Shown piece after piece: positions 11,659-23,723 of a stretch of 64,000 bases of DNA. A model generated the notes under the pieces. It was not told the DNA's origin. It was given only the letters and a program-made list of their open reading frames with translations, and did not search any database. Numbering within the stretch: the first letter of the stretch is position 1; each line of letters starts with the position of its first letter. A program made the translations under genes and the position numbers. This DNA comes from Eledone cirrhosa (Eukaryota), in assembly GCA_964016885.1 (NCBI GenBank), contig OZ024740.1:250170001-250234000 (forward strand), read 5' to 3'.

Positions 11659-14600
11659 GGCGACCTACGTAGTAAATCGTATCATCGTGAGCTCCGCAAA
11701 GGCTTGTTGTTTTCAGTTGTTTAAAATTGCTATATATGGACATTTTTTTTATTGTTAACTGTATATAAGTGCACATACATTGTTTTCGGAAAAGGACACT
11801 CAAAAAGATTGGGGCCTTGAGACCAAAATTTTAAACTTTTATAATTATGAAACAACGATTTAAAAAAAAAAATGATGGACGACTCATAGCCACACCTTCC
11901 TCACAAACTAACACCTCACACCGACACCACCATTGTAAATATTACTACGTTTGCCAACGCTAAATATATAAGCAGAAGCAATATTTTAAATTTGTCTCAG
12001 GCAGACATTCATTTCCCCCCATTACCAATGACTGCAGGTGTTAAAGCCGCCACCCCACCACCACAGCGACAACAGACACAAAAGAAAAAAATAAATTAAC
12101 TCGTGATATCGAAATGAATTCAACCAAAATGAACTCTTCCACACCGAACACCACTGACGCCACCATCACCACCACAACTGAAACTAAAATTAACAATAAC
12201 AAAAATAACGATAACAACAACAGCAACAATGAAATTAAGAAAACCACCCAGAGTTTTGCCAGAGTAGCAAAACAGTGCGAAGCATTCCAGGTAACTCAGG
12301 AGGAATTAGAAGAAGCCAAAAAAATGGTAAAGAAAGATGATACACGTCAGCCCCCCCCCCCCCTCCACACCTAATAAAATGGAGCAACGTCGCCTATGCA
12401 CCGTGTCTTATCGGACGATTAACATAAAATCGCGCTGAGTGGAATGGCATCCGAGTCCCAAATCCAAAAAGCTTTGGGACAATTGTGGGCAAAAAAGCCC
12501 CACATCAGACGTGGGCAGAAATATGGAACCGTGGACGTGTTCTTTGAAACACCACAGGAGGCCAGAGAACACTCCATGGCCCCATTATGAAGTGACGACT
12601 TCACACTCGTCCCAAGCTATTGTGGCCAGAGACTCGTAAAGATCAGGGTGACCTACGTTCCACCGGCCATCGAAATTCCCTGGATAATGGCTGCCGTCCT
12701 CGCCGGCACCGAGACCAACACCAAGATAATCCAAATAGCGAAAGGAAAGCAGGAGAACTGGTCCGGATCTGGGATGGAGCTCCTGATCCAAGCGGACCAA
12801 AAAAGCAGTGAGGAGATCCCAGAGGTAATAGACCTCACTGACGGCAGCCGCCTCACCGTAATCGTCGAGAGCAGAAGGCCCAGGTGTGTCGTTTGTGGTG
12901 AAGGAACCCACCTAAGGGCTTTCTGCCCTCAGGCTAAAAGGTTGAGGCCACCTCTCTTACCCACCCCAGTGACTCACCATCAACACCACCAGCAGCAGAT
13001 ATGGCAGCAACAACTGTAGCAGCAACAACAGAAGCAACTATAACAGCAACAAACCCAGCAACAGTAGCAAAACCAACACCATCACCACCCAACGCGCCAG
13101 AACTAGTACCAGCGCCTACACCATCCACCACACCACAACCCAAACCAACGCCTGTGGAGGATTTTCCACTCCCCGGCCTATCACAACTGGAGACAGATTG
13201 TGACGACGAGGAGTGGGAAACGATATCAGGAAAAAAGAAAAAAAGAAACAAAAAAAGAAAAAAAATCTCTTCTTTCCCCTCCAAAAACAAAATACAGAGG
13301 GAAACAAATAAACTATCAAACAAAAAAGTTAGGACAGATATGCCACCATCCACCCCAGCATCACAAACCCCATCACCACAAACACCAACACCATCACTAT
13401 CATTAACCCCAACACCACAAAGGTCACCAAAAAGCGAAACAGAAACCAACCCACAACAAACGCAAACAAAACAAAACAACCAAAACGATACACACTACAC
13501 AGCATTAAATTTGAACAACAACCAATTATTACACTACATCCAACACAACACCAGCATCACAGAAAAAGACTACACAACAACCCAAAAATTAACACCACCT
13601 CCACACATACAAATCACTCGCATCACACAGAAAACGTACATGACACTAAAACAAAAATTCCCCAAAAACATCGGAGACTTCCGACAAGCACTCTCCAGGA
13701 GGATTTATAAGGACATCCTTCCTGAGGAGGCCACAAGCAGTGAAAAGGATGGAAAAACCGTCCTTCCTCTACGAGAAGTAAGGTAAGTGGTCTTTCCCAT
13801 CTTTTCCACTCCATTTCAACATGACCTCACTCAGAATAGGCAGCTAAAATGCGCGTGGCTTGGGGTCGTCATGGAAGCAGGGCCACCTGCTCAACGACCT
13901 CAGGTCACTAAACATAGATGTAGTGGCCATCAGCGAGACCAGAATCTCCAAAGCACGGGCCTTCGCGGCTACGATGTGTACGCATCTCCCAGCCGTCCGG
14001 GATCGGGGGGTGGAGTTGCTGTGCTTTTTCGGAGAGGTTTGGAACTTGCCATACGGGCTATCTTCCTGGACCCAGAAGGTAAGTTGGTGGTGCTGGACGT
14101 GACCAGCGGAGACGGGCAAGATTTCAGGTTAGTGGCTGTCTATGCCCCGACAGGAGCAGGGCGGCCTGATTTCTTCCGGCATCTGGAGACCTTTCTTGGA
14201 ATGTCCCGCTCTTTAGTGTTAGTGGGCGACTGGAACGGGATCTTAGATGCACGCTGGGATTGTGTGGGATTAGTGGATAGGGGAGGAGGGTGCAAGAGTC
14301 TCACCAACCTGCTCAGGCGTTTTGAACTGTATGACAGGTACCGATAGTATTTCCCGAATATACCAATGTGGACTTGGACAAATCGCATAGGGTCATCCAG
14401 ATCATATCTAGATAGAGTATTTTGTAGGGAAATAGATAGGTCTAGCATAGGCTGTCCACAATTCAAGATAGTCAGCTACACGGACCACAATTTCGTGATC
14501 TGTGTGCTTGACTTAGATAGGCTTCAAAGACGAGGATCCGGCTACTGGAAGCTAAACGCGTCCTTACCAGCGCGCAAGGCCTACAGAGACCGGATTAGCG

Positions 14601-17430
14601 AACTAGTTAAGCGGGCGTTGACGGGGGCCATCGTCAACAACAAGTGGTGGTTTGCTCTGAAAAGAGCAATTAGAATAGAGTCCATTAGGTTTAGTAAGGC
14701 TTTAGCAATAGAGAAAAATAGAGTAGAGGGAGAATTAGTTAGAAAATTAGACGAGGCGCTTTGCAAAGGCATCGCGACCGACGTACTTGCGGCGAAATTG
14801 GCCCTTGACCAATTCTTCAATGCAAAGAACGAAGGCTGCGTTGTTAGAGCTAGGGTGCGTGCTCTCAGACACGAGGGGACGAAAGCCGTTCAATAGGACC
14901 GAGTGGCGGAGGCGCGTCGTTGCAACAAAGCCACGATCCGGTCTTTGGTGGACCACGACGGGCGCATGCTACTCGATCCCGGGCAAATGTGTGAAGCTTT
15001 TCAGCGACACTTCGCTCAACTGTTCAGGAGCAGCGGCGGGCCGGATCGAGGGATGGACTTTAGTGTATACCTCGACGGACTGCCGCGGCTCTCGGCCACT
15101 GAGGTGGAGTGTTAAGAAAAGCCGATAACAGCCGCTGAAGTACGGGAGGCAATGACTGGCTGCATAGGGGTAAATCGCCTGGTTTGGATGGTCTGCCCTA
15201 TGAACTATACGTACAAATGCCAGACTTGTTCGGAGGCCTCTTGGTGGACGTCTACTGCAACTGGCAACAGAACGGGAGAATTCCCAGCTCTGTGAGCCGA
15301 GGAGCGGTGGCGCTGCTGAGAAAGGATCTGAACAAGGGGGATAACATAGATAATTTCAGGCCCATAACTCTGCTAAACACAGAGTTCAAGATTTTGGCCA
15401 AGGTGCTAGCAAAGAGGTTGGCGCTTGTCGTTGGTGGTCTGGTGGGAGAGGCGCAGACATGCGCCATTCCCGACAGATCCATCCACGACAACCTCCACCT
15501 CATGCGATACATCGCAGAGAGGGTAGCTAGGGAACCTGGCACAGGTGGGTCTTTGATAAATTTAGATCAGTCGAAAGCTTTCGATAGGGTCGACCATCGT
15601 TACCTAGCGGCAGCCCTGAGGGCGGCTGGCTTTGGGGCCATCTTCAGAGGCTGGATCGCTGCCATGCACAGCGACATCTGCTCTGTGGTGAGAGTGAACG
15701 GTCACCATTCGGAACCGTTCAACATCATGCGCTCGGTCCGCCAAGGATGTCCCCTCTCGTCCCTCTTGTACGTATTGACTCTCGAGCCATTACTGCACAA
15801 ACTGGAGACGTTGAGGGGGGTCCCGCGCGAACTAGGATGTGGAAGATCCGTGTGAGCATATGCGGACGATGTCACCGTAGTGGTGTCGAACGCCAAACAC
15901 ATCGAGGCGATCGGCATTACACTAAGAGAATACGAAGCGGTGACAGGAGCAATGATCAACCAGGAAAAGTCAGTGGGCCTGCAGCTCGGCACCTGGAGAG
16001 GCAGGTCCATGCCGTCCAACAGCGTCGCCGGGCGCTGGACGGACGGACCGGTTAAATTGCTACGGGTCTGGTTCGGTCCGGACCTCCAGACGGACAAAAA
16101 TTGGGACGAGGTGACGAGCAGGGTGGCTTCTCTCACCCAGAAATGGGCGGAGAGGAAGCTATCCCTGAAAGGTCGAGCAGAGGTGGCTAACGCGTACATC
16201 GCGTCCGTCATCTACTACCGCCTGACTGTCGCACCTTGTCCTAAGCCCCGCCTGACTACGCTGGAGCGTTTGCTCTTTCGCTATTTGTGGAAGGGACGCG
16301 CTCCGATGGTCGGGCGGTCCATCTGCTGTCAACACCCGCTACGTGGAGGGCTGGGCATACCGTGGCTGATGATGCGCAGACACGCGCTCAGGCTACGACA
16401 TCTCCACCTCTTCCTCGACGGTGATCAGGTGTGGTCGCCGTTTGCTAGACACGTCTTTCCCCAGCTCGTCTCCTTGACGAAGCTGCAGTCCTGGGTCAAG
16501 CGAAGACCGAGAAGGAGCGCTTGGAGACTGGAATGTTTTCAGGCGCTCACAGCCCTCGACCAATCGGGCAATGTGATCGGTGGAAACTCCACCTTGGCGT
16601 TCTATAGAGGATTAGTGGAGGGGAAGAGCGACTCTAGGCGTCGACGAAAATCAACTAGCCAATCTCTTCGGAAGGACTTTCGGGCCGGGGCCTATGGACA
16701 ACTTCCAGAAATCCCTGGCCTGGCAGTGCTACCGAGGAGCTTTGCCAGTTCGGGATAAACTCTACAGGCATGGAGGTGCCGTCAGCCGGGCATGTCCGAG
16801 ATGCGCGCAGGGCGACGAAACCGTCCTGCACGCACTCGTCCAGTGTCCGAGCATTGCTGACTTGTGGGTTTTTGTCGAACACCTGCTGTCACGTGTAGGA
16901 CCTATCCAGCTATCAGCTGAGTCCATCGTGAGGATTGCCCCGCCCCCTTCCTTTAGCCGGGAAGGGCAGGCAATTTTTATATGTCTGGTGGCCATGGCGA
17001 AAGAGATAGTATGGTGGACACGTTTGAAAGGGCTGAAGACGAGCACTTACCTCTTCGGTGATGCCCTGATTAACTTTTTCAAATTTCATTTGAAAAGGAA
17101 AATCAGGGTAGAGAGGGAAGTGCTCTCTTCCCAGCATTTTGTTGAAAGATGGGTGAGAGAAGCAAGTATGGCCCGAGTGAATGGGCCTACTCTGAGTATG
17201 TGTCTGTAAATTAAAGGTGGAAAACTGGGAGAGGGCACTGTGGTCTTTTAATGGGCTTTCTCCACAAATGTCCCTCGGAAGTCTCCCCCCTATTGGCGAA
17301 TTTTTCTTTGTTATTTTATTACATCCTCTGTTTTTTTACACGCAGAAATGCCCATTTGTACCGTCCTGTATTGTCCTGTACTGTCCTTAATGTCTACTTT
17401 ATGTAAACCCTTGTGGTTAATAAACAAAAC
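11659..17430 (+). mobile_element. Tx1/L1-clade non-LTR retrotransposon, copy 1 (full length, inactivated)
   Basis: Starts GGCGACCTACGTAG directly after (TTA)n and ends AATAAACAAAAC before (ATT)n. ORF1 has a CCHC knuckle CVVCGEGTHLRAFC. ORF2 has an APE domain (VYAP, GDWN, YLDR, TDH), RT (LDQSKAFDRV, VRQGCPLS, AYADD) and C-terminal CPRC..ETVLH..C. Several stops and frameshifts. Confidence 0.92.
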
Positions 17431-17443
17431 ATTATTATTATTA

Positions 17444-17718
17444 CTCTTTGAGTCTCAGTCATTGATGTTAGTTAACTGGAAAGTTTGTTGAAATGAATAT
17501 CAAGCCACTACCTGCAGCCTCAGATATTCAGGACGTATCGGAGGGTTCTTGCTGTTCCCAGCAAGCATGCCTTTTGAAGCGTTCCAAAAAGCGTGAAGGG
17601 GCCAATTTTTTTTTTTTTTAACCATCCATGGAAACCTTTTGAGATAGTCCCTAGTGCGCCTATGACAATCGGGATCACTTTGACTTCATGGCAGTTCCAA
17701 ATCCTTTTTACCTCCCAC
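17444..17718 (-). mobile_element. R4/Dong-type family 3, short 3' stub in (TAA)n
   Basis: The minus strand translates WEVKRIWNCHEVKVIPIVIGALGTISKG...LQKACLLGTARTLRYVLNI*, a typical R4 C-terminus, followed by a 3' UTR. Confidence 0.8.
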
Positions 17719-17759
17719 TATTATTATTATTATTATCATTATTATTATTACTTTTTTAT

Positions 17760-20700
17760 TTTCCCCCAATTCAATGATGTTCCAAACAATATAAAAGAGA
17801 TAATTGGCAATACGGGTTCTGGAACAAAAGAGATAATTGGCAATAAGGGCAGGGGCCCCAGGGTATCACAGCCTGGCCCCGCTTGTCATCATGCCACTGT
17901 AATAGAGCCAAACAAGGCATTTAATATTGGCTGCTGGAATGTCCGGACGCTGCTTGACAGGGATTCCTTGGAACATCCTGAATGAAGGACTGCTCTTGTT
18001 ACAAAGGAACTTCAACATTACGATCCTGGCATCAAAGCTTTATCTGAGATGAGGTTAGCTGGTGATGGTCATCTTACAGAATTTTGTGGAGAATATACAT
18101 TCTTCTGGAAAGGAAGAGATGATAGAACTAGAAGAGAGGCTGGGGTAGCATTTGCTGTTAAGACTGCTCTTGTGGATAAATTAGAAGAATTCCCAGTGGG
18201 GATTAGTGAGTATCTTATGTCTATGAGAACTCCGCTGGACAAAGGAAGATATGCGACCCTGGTGAGTGTGTATGCTCCAACTATGAATTCTGTCGATGAA
18301 GAAAACGTGTCTTTTTACCATGCCTTCAAAGGTTTTTTAAGAAATATCTCTCAGGCAGACAAAGTCATCATGCTTGGTGACTTTAATGCTAGAGTGGGTA
18401 GGGATTTTAACACATGGAATGTAATCAGAAGGCATGGAAAGTGTAACAACAATGGTATGCTCCTGCTGCAGATGTGTGAGGAGCTGGATCTGTGTGTTAC
18501 CAACAAAAGAACAAATTTAAGACCGCATGAATGCATCCTGCATCTAAGGAATGGCATCTTTTGGACTACGTCCTTGTCAGGATGCCTGACAGGCGGGATG
18601 TGCAGTGTGTCCGTGCGTGTTGGAGCTGAGTGCTGGATGGACCACCGCCTGGTACGCTCAAAAGTGAAACTAATCACTAAACGTAAAATCCGGGCTCCTG
18701 GTGTTACCCTGCTCAGAAGATTGAATACTGCTCGTCTTAGAGATAAAAATGTAAAGAAGACATTGCGAGAAGAGATGCACGTTGCAGATCTTGGTGAGGA
18801 TTGGCCGACCCTTAAAAAGTCAGTTTATGATGTAGGCAGGCGTGTTCTGGGATTGGTGCAGAGAAAACATCAAGGCTGGTTTAATGAGAATGATGAACAT
18901 ATAGAAGACTTGTTGGCTGATAAGAGGCGTGCTCTGTCACGCTACTTACAGCATAACCACAGGAGAAGAATATGTTGCATAAGGAACTGAAGGATGTGAA
19001 ATCACGTGTTAGGCGGAGTCTTTCTCAGATGAAGGATAAGTGGTGGAGTGAGAAGGTTGATGAGATACAAGCTGCATCAGATTCCAATAACACAAAGCTG
19101 TTGTACAGTCTCTTGCGTGAAGTTTATGGACCGTCTTCTTCTCCGGTGACACCGCTTCGCGACAAGGATGGCAAGGAACTTCTTTGTGACTCACAAGGAA
19201 TTCTACGAAGATGGCGAGAGCACTTTGATGATCTTTTGAATCAGCCATCTGTCGTCAATGAAGATTTCCTCAATCTCATTCCAGAAAAACCTGTGAAAGT
19301 AGCTCTCGCAGAACCACCAACGCTTGTGGAGGTTGCAGTGGCTATCTCGAAGCTGAACAGTGGAAGGTCTCCAGGTATGGATGGAACATGTAGAGCTCCT
19401 ACAATATGGTGGTGAGAGACTTCTGCAACATCTTCACTCTTTGTTTGGAAGGATATGGGCTAGTGAATTCGTACCTGAGGACTGGAGAGATGCAGTAATG
19501 GTGGTCTTGTACAAGGGAAAGGGTAACGAGAATGATTGTGAAAACTACAGAGGTATATCATTGCTTTCTGTCGTAGGAAAAATTTTATGTAGGGTGCTTC
19601 TTGACCGTCTGCTGACACACATTGCAGATTGTGTTCTTCCTGAAAGTCAATCTGGTTTTCGTGCTGAATGCAGCACTACTGATATGATCTTCTCAGCTAG
19701 ACAGTTCCAGGAGAAGTGCATGGAACAAGGTTAGGATCTGTATCAGGTTTTTGTCGATCTGACAAAAGCTTTCGATACTGTTAACAGAAATGCATTGTGG
19801 AAGGTTCTCCAGAAACTTGGTTGCCCTGATAAGTTCCTTGTTTTGGTTAGATCTTTCTATGATGACATGAAGGCTTGGGTTAATGGCAGAGGTAACATGT
19901 TGGAGCCTATCTCAGTAAAAAATGGAGTGAAACAGGGGGATATTCCAGCACTGACCCTGTTTGCCATATACTTTGCAATGGTTTTCTATATTGCATTCAG
20001 GAATTGCGAGCATGGTGTTTACATCCAATATCAAACCTCAGGCAGTATATTTAACATCAGGCGCTTTGCTGCAAAAACAAAAGTATTTACATCAATCATA
20101 AGAGACCTCTTGTATGCAGATGATTGCAATCTTGTAGCACACACAGAGAGTGATATGCAGCACATTTTGAATGCATTTTTTTATGCTTGCACTGCCCATA
20201 GACTCAAGAAAACCGTCGTCATGTACCAGCCTGCCCCTGGTAAGCAGAACAGTGAGCCAAATATCTATGTGTATGGTAAACAACTTGGAGTGGTTGATCA
20301 GTTTGTCTACCTGGGAAGCACTGTCAATCGATACAGCAACCTTGATAATGAAATTCCACTCAGGATTAGGAAAGCAAGTGATGCTTTCGGAAAGTTAGAA
20401 AGGCGACTCTGGGGTCGGCGAGACATATGCAAGAAGACAAAGGTAAAGGTGTACAAAGCATGTGTGCTCTCTTCTCTTCTTTATACCTGTAAGACTTGGG
20501 TCACATATCAACACCATCTTAAACAATTGGAGCGTTTCCATCAGATGTGTCTCAGATGGATCCATGGCGTTCACTGGAGGGACCACATCAGTGATGTCGA
20601 GATTTTGGAAAGCTCTCTGTGTAACAGTATAGAAGCTCTTGTGCTTAAGCAAAGACTCCGTTGGAGTGGTCACCTTGCCAGGATGAAGGATACCAAAACA

Positions 20701-21345
20701 ACTCTTTTATGGAGAGTTAGTTAAAGGAAAACGACCTCCACATAAACCAAAAAAGAGGTATAAGGATTCCTTGAAAGCCTCTTTGAAAGACGCTAACATC
20801 TCTGCTGATACATGGGAAAATATTGCTGCTGATTGTAATAAATGGAGAAAGACTGTATATGAGGGGAAAGTTGCCTTTGAGGCATCTCGAATCGCATATG
20901 AGAAAGTAAAGAGGGATGTGAGGAAGGGCATTACTGTTGCATTTTCAGACAGCGAAGGTCCTCCTATGGTGCTGACATGCAGCGTCTGTGCGAGACTCTG
21001 CCTCAGCAAAGCTGGACTCGAAAGTCATCTTCGCAGTCATAAAGTGAGACCAGTGGTTGATTACCAGGCTGCTGTTGGAGATGCTACTCATCATGCCTGC
21101 CCAGCATGTGGTAGAGAATGTAAATCAGCAGGAGGGCTCAAACGACATGCAAAAGTACATGAACTCCAACCACAGCCGGCTATTCTCAGTGAATATTTTA
21201 GTTGCCAACTCTGTGCAAGACATTTTAGATTATTGGCTGGGCTAAAAAGCCACATTCGATCGCAGCACTGTTAATTGTTATTGTGTGTGTGTGTGTATTT
21301 GTGTATAGATATGTATGCGTGTGTATGTATATATATATATATATT
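17760..21345 (+). mobile_element. RTE LINE, near full length, with triple C2H2 zinc-finger C-terminus
   Basis: APE motifs (IGCWNVRTL, VYAPT, LGDFNARVG, MDHRLV), RT motifs (YRGISLLS, GVKQG, LLYADD, FVYLGS) and three C2H2 fingers in ORF 20771-21274. Frameshifted. Confidence 0.9.
20771..21274 (+). pseudogene. C-terminal segment of the RTE ORF with three C2H2 zinc fingers
   Basis: CSVCARLCLSKAGLESHLRSH; CPACGRECKSAGGLKRHAKVH; CQLCARHFRLLAGLKSHIRSQH. Confidence 0.85.
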
Positions 21346-21350
21346 ATTGT

Positions 21351-21465
21351 TCTTTGAGTCTCAGTCATTGATGTTAGTTAACTGGAAAGTTTGTTGAAAT
21401 GAATATCAAGCCACTACCTGCAGCCTCAGATATTCAGGACGTATCGGAGGGTTCTTGCTGTTCCC
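21351..21465 (-). mobile_element. R4/Dong-type family 3, 115-bp 3' stub
   Basis: Identical by eye to 17445-17559 and followed by (ATT)n. Confidence 0.85.
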
Positions 21466-21696
21466 ATTATTATTATTATTATTATTGGCGACCTACGTAG
21501 GAAATCGTATTATCGTGAGCTCCGCAAAGGTTTGTTATTTCCGTTTGTTTAAAAATTGCCATTTATGGAAAATTTTATTGTAAACTGTTTATAAGCACAC
21601 ATACATTGTTTTCCGAAAAGGACACCCAAAAAGATTGGGGCCTTGTGCCCAAAATTTTAACTTTTATTATTATCCAAATTTTTTCTTTGAAAAAAA

Positions 21697-23689
21697 ATGG
21701 CTAATTCCCCTCTGCACGAAGCAGCTGAAAGCCTTCCTCACAAAATAACACCTCACACCGACACCACCATTGTAAATGTTACTACGTTTGCCAACACAAA
21801 AAAAAATATAAGCAGTAGCAATATTTTAAATTTGTCTCAGGCAGACATTCATTTCCCGCCATTACCAATGACTGCAGGTGTTAAAGCCTCCACCACCACC
21901 ACCACCACCGCGACAACCACCACCACCACCACCACCGCGACAACAGAAACAAAAGAAGAAAAAAATAAATTAACTCGTGACGTCGAAATGAAATCAAGCA
22001 AAATGGACTCTTCCCCACCAAAGACGACTGACGTCACCACCACCACAACTGAAAATAAAATTAATATTAACGATAGCAACAACAACAACAATGACATTAT
22101 AAAACCGACCCTCAGTTTCGCCATCGTAGCAAAACAATTCGAAGCGTTCACGGTAACTCAAGAAGATTTAGAAAATGCCAAACAAATGGTAAAGAAAGAT
22201 GGGTACAGGGTCAGCCTCACCCCCCCCCCCCACCTAATAAAATGGAGCATCGGCGCCTGTGCACCGTGTCGTATAGAACAATAAATGTAAAATCGCGCCG
22301 AGTGGAACGGGCATCCGAGTCCCAAATCCAAAAAGCTTTGGGACATGTGTGGGCAAGAAAAACCCACATCAGACGTGGGCAAAAGTATGGAACCGTGGAT
22401 GTGTTCTTTGAAACACCAGAGGAGGCTAGAGAACACTCCATGGCCCCATTAAAAAGTGACGACCTCACACTCGTCCCAAGCTATTGTGGCCAGAGACTCG
22501 TAAAGATCAGGGTGACCCATGTTCCACCGGCCATCGAAATTCCCTGGCTAATAGCGGCTGTCCTCGCCGGCATCGAAGCCAACACGAAAATAATAGCAGT
22601 AGCAAAAGAAAAGCAGGAAAACTGGTCCGGATCTGGGATGGAGCTCCTGATCCAAGCGGACCAAAAAAGCATTGAGGAGATCCCAGAGGTAATAGAGCTC
22701 AACGACGGCAGCCACCTCACGGTAATTGTCGAGGGCAGAAGACCTAGGTGTGTCGTTTGTGGTGAAGGAACCCACCTAAGGGCTTTCTGCCCTCAGGCTA
22801 AAAGGTTGAGGCCACCTCTCCTACCCACCCCAGTGACACAACCATCAACACCACCAGTAGCAGAAATGGCAGCAACAACTGTAGCAGCAACAACAGAAGC
22901 AACTATAACAGCAACAACCCCAGCAACAGTAGCAAAACCAACACCACTACCACCACCAGCAAAACCAACACCATCACCACCCAACGCTTCAGAACTAGCA
23001 CCAGCGCCTACACCATCCACCACACCACAACCAAAACTAACGGCTGTGGAGGATTTTCCATTCCCCGGCCTATCACAACTGGAGACAGATTGTGACGACG
23101 AGGAGTGGGAAACGATATCCGGAAAAAAAAAAGAAACCAAAAAAGAAAAAATTCTCTTCCTTCCCCCTCCAAAAACAAAATACAGAGGGAAACAAATAAA
23201 CTAAGAAACAAAAAGGTTAGGACAGATATGCCACCATCCACACCAGCATCACCAACCCCATCAACCCAAACACCAAACCCATCACCATCATTATCCCCAG
23301 CACCACCATCACCTACACCACAAAAGTCACCAAAAAGCGAAACAGAAACAAACCCACAACAAACGCAAACAAAACAAAACAACCAAAACGATACACACTA
23401 CACAGCATTAAATTTGAACAACAACCAATTATTACACTACATCCAACACAACACCAGCATCACAGAAAAAGACTACACAACAACCCCAAAATTCACACCA
23501 CCTCCACACATACAAATCACTCGCATCACACAGAAAACGTACATGACACTAAAACAAAAATTCCCCAAAGACATCGGAGACTTCCGACAAGCACTCTCCA
23601 GGAGGATTTATAAGGACATCCTTCCTGAGGAGGCCACAAGCAGTGAAAAGGATGGAAAAGCCGTCCTTCCCCTACGAGAAGTAAGGTAA
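21697..23689 (+). pseudogene. Tx1 ORF1 (gag-like, CCHC knuckle, Thr/Pro-rich), frameshifted at homopolymers
   Basis: Three overlapping ORFs join at a poly-C run (about 22220) and a poly-A run (about 23125). Knuckle CVVCGEGTHLRAFC. Confidence 0.75.
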
Positions 23690-23723
23690 GTGGTCTTTCC
23701 CATCTTTTCCACTCCTTTTCAAC

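Noticed and set aside
12934-13786. Mucin-like Thr/Pro-rich host protein and antisense Val/Gly-rich ORFs
   Set aside because: These are the low-complexity part of Tx1 ORF1 and its antisense shadow; the other antisense ORFs over LINEs were dismissed for the same reason.
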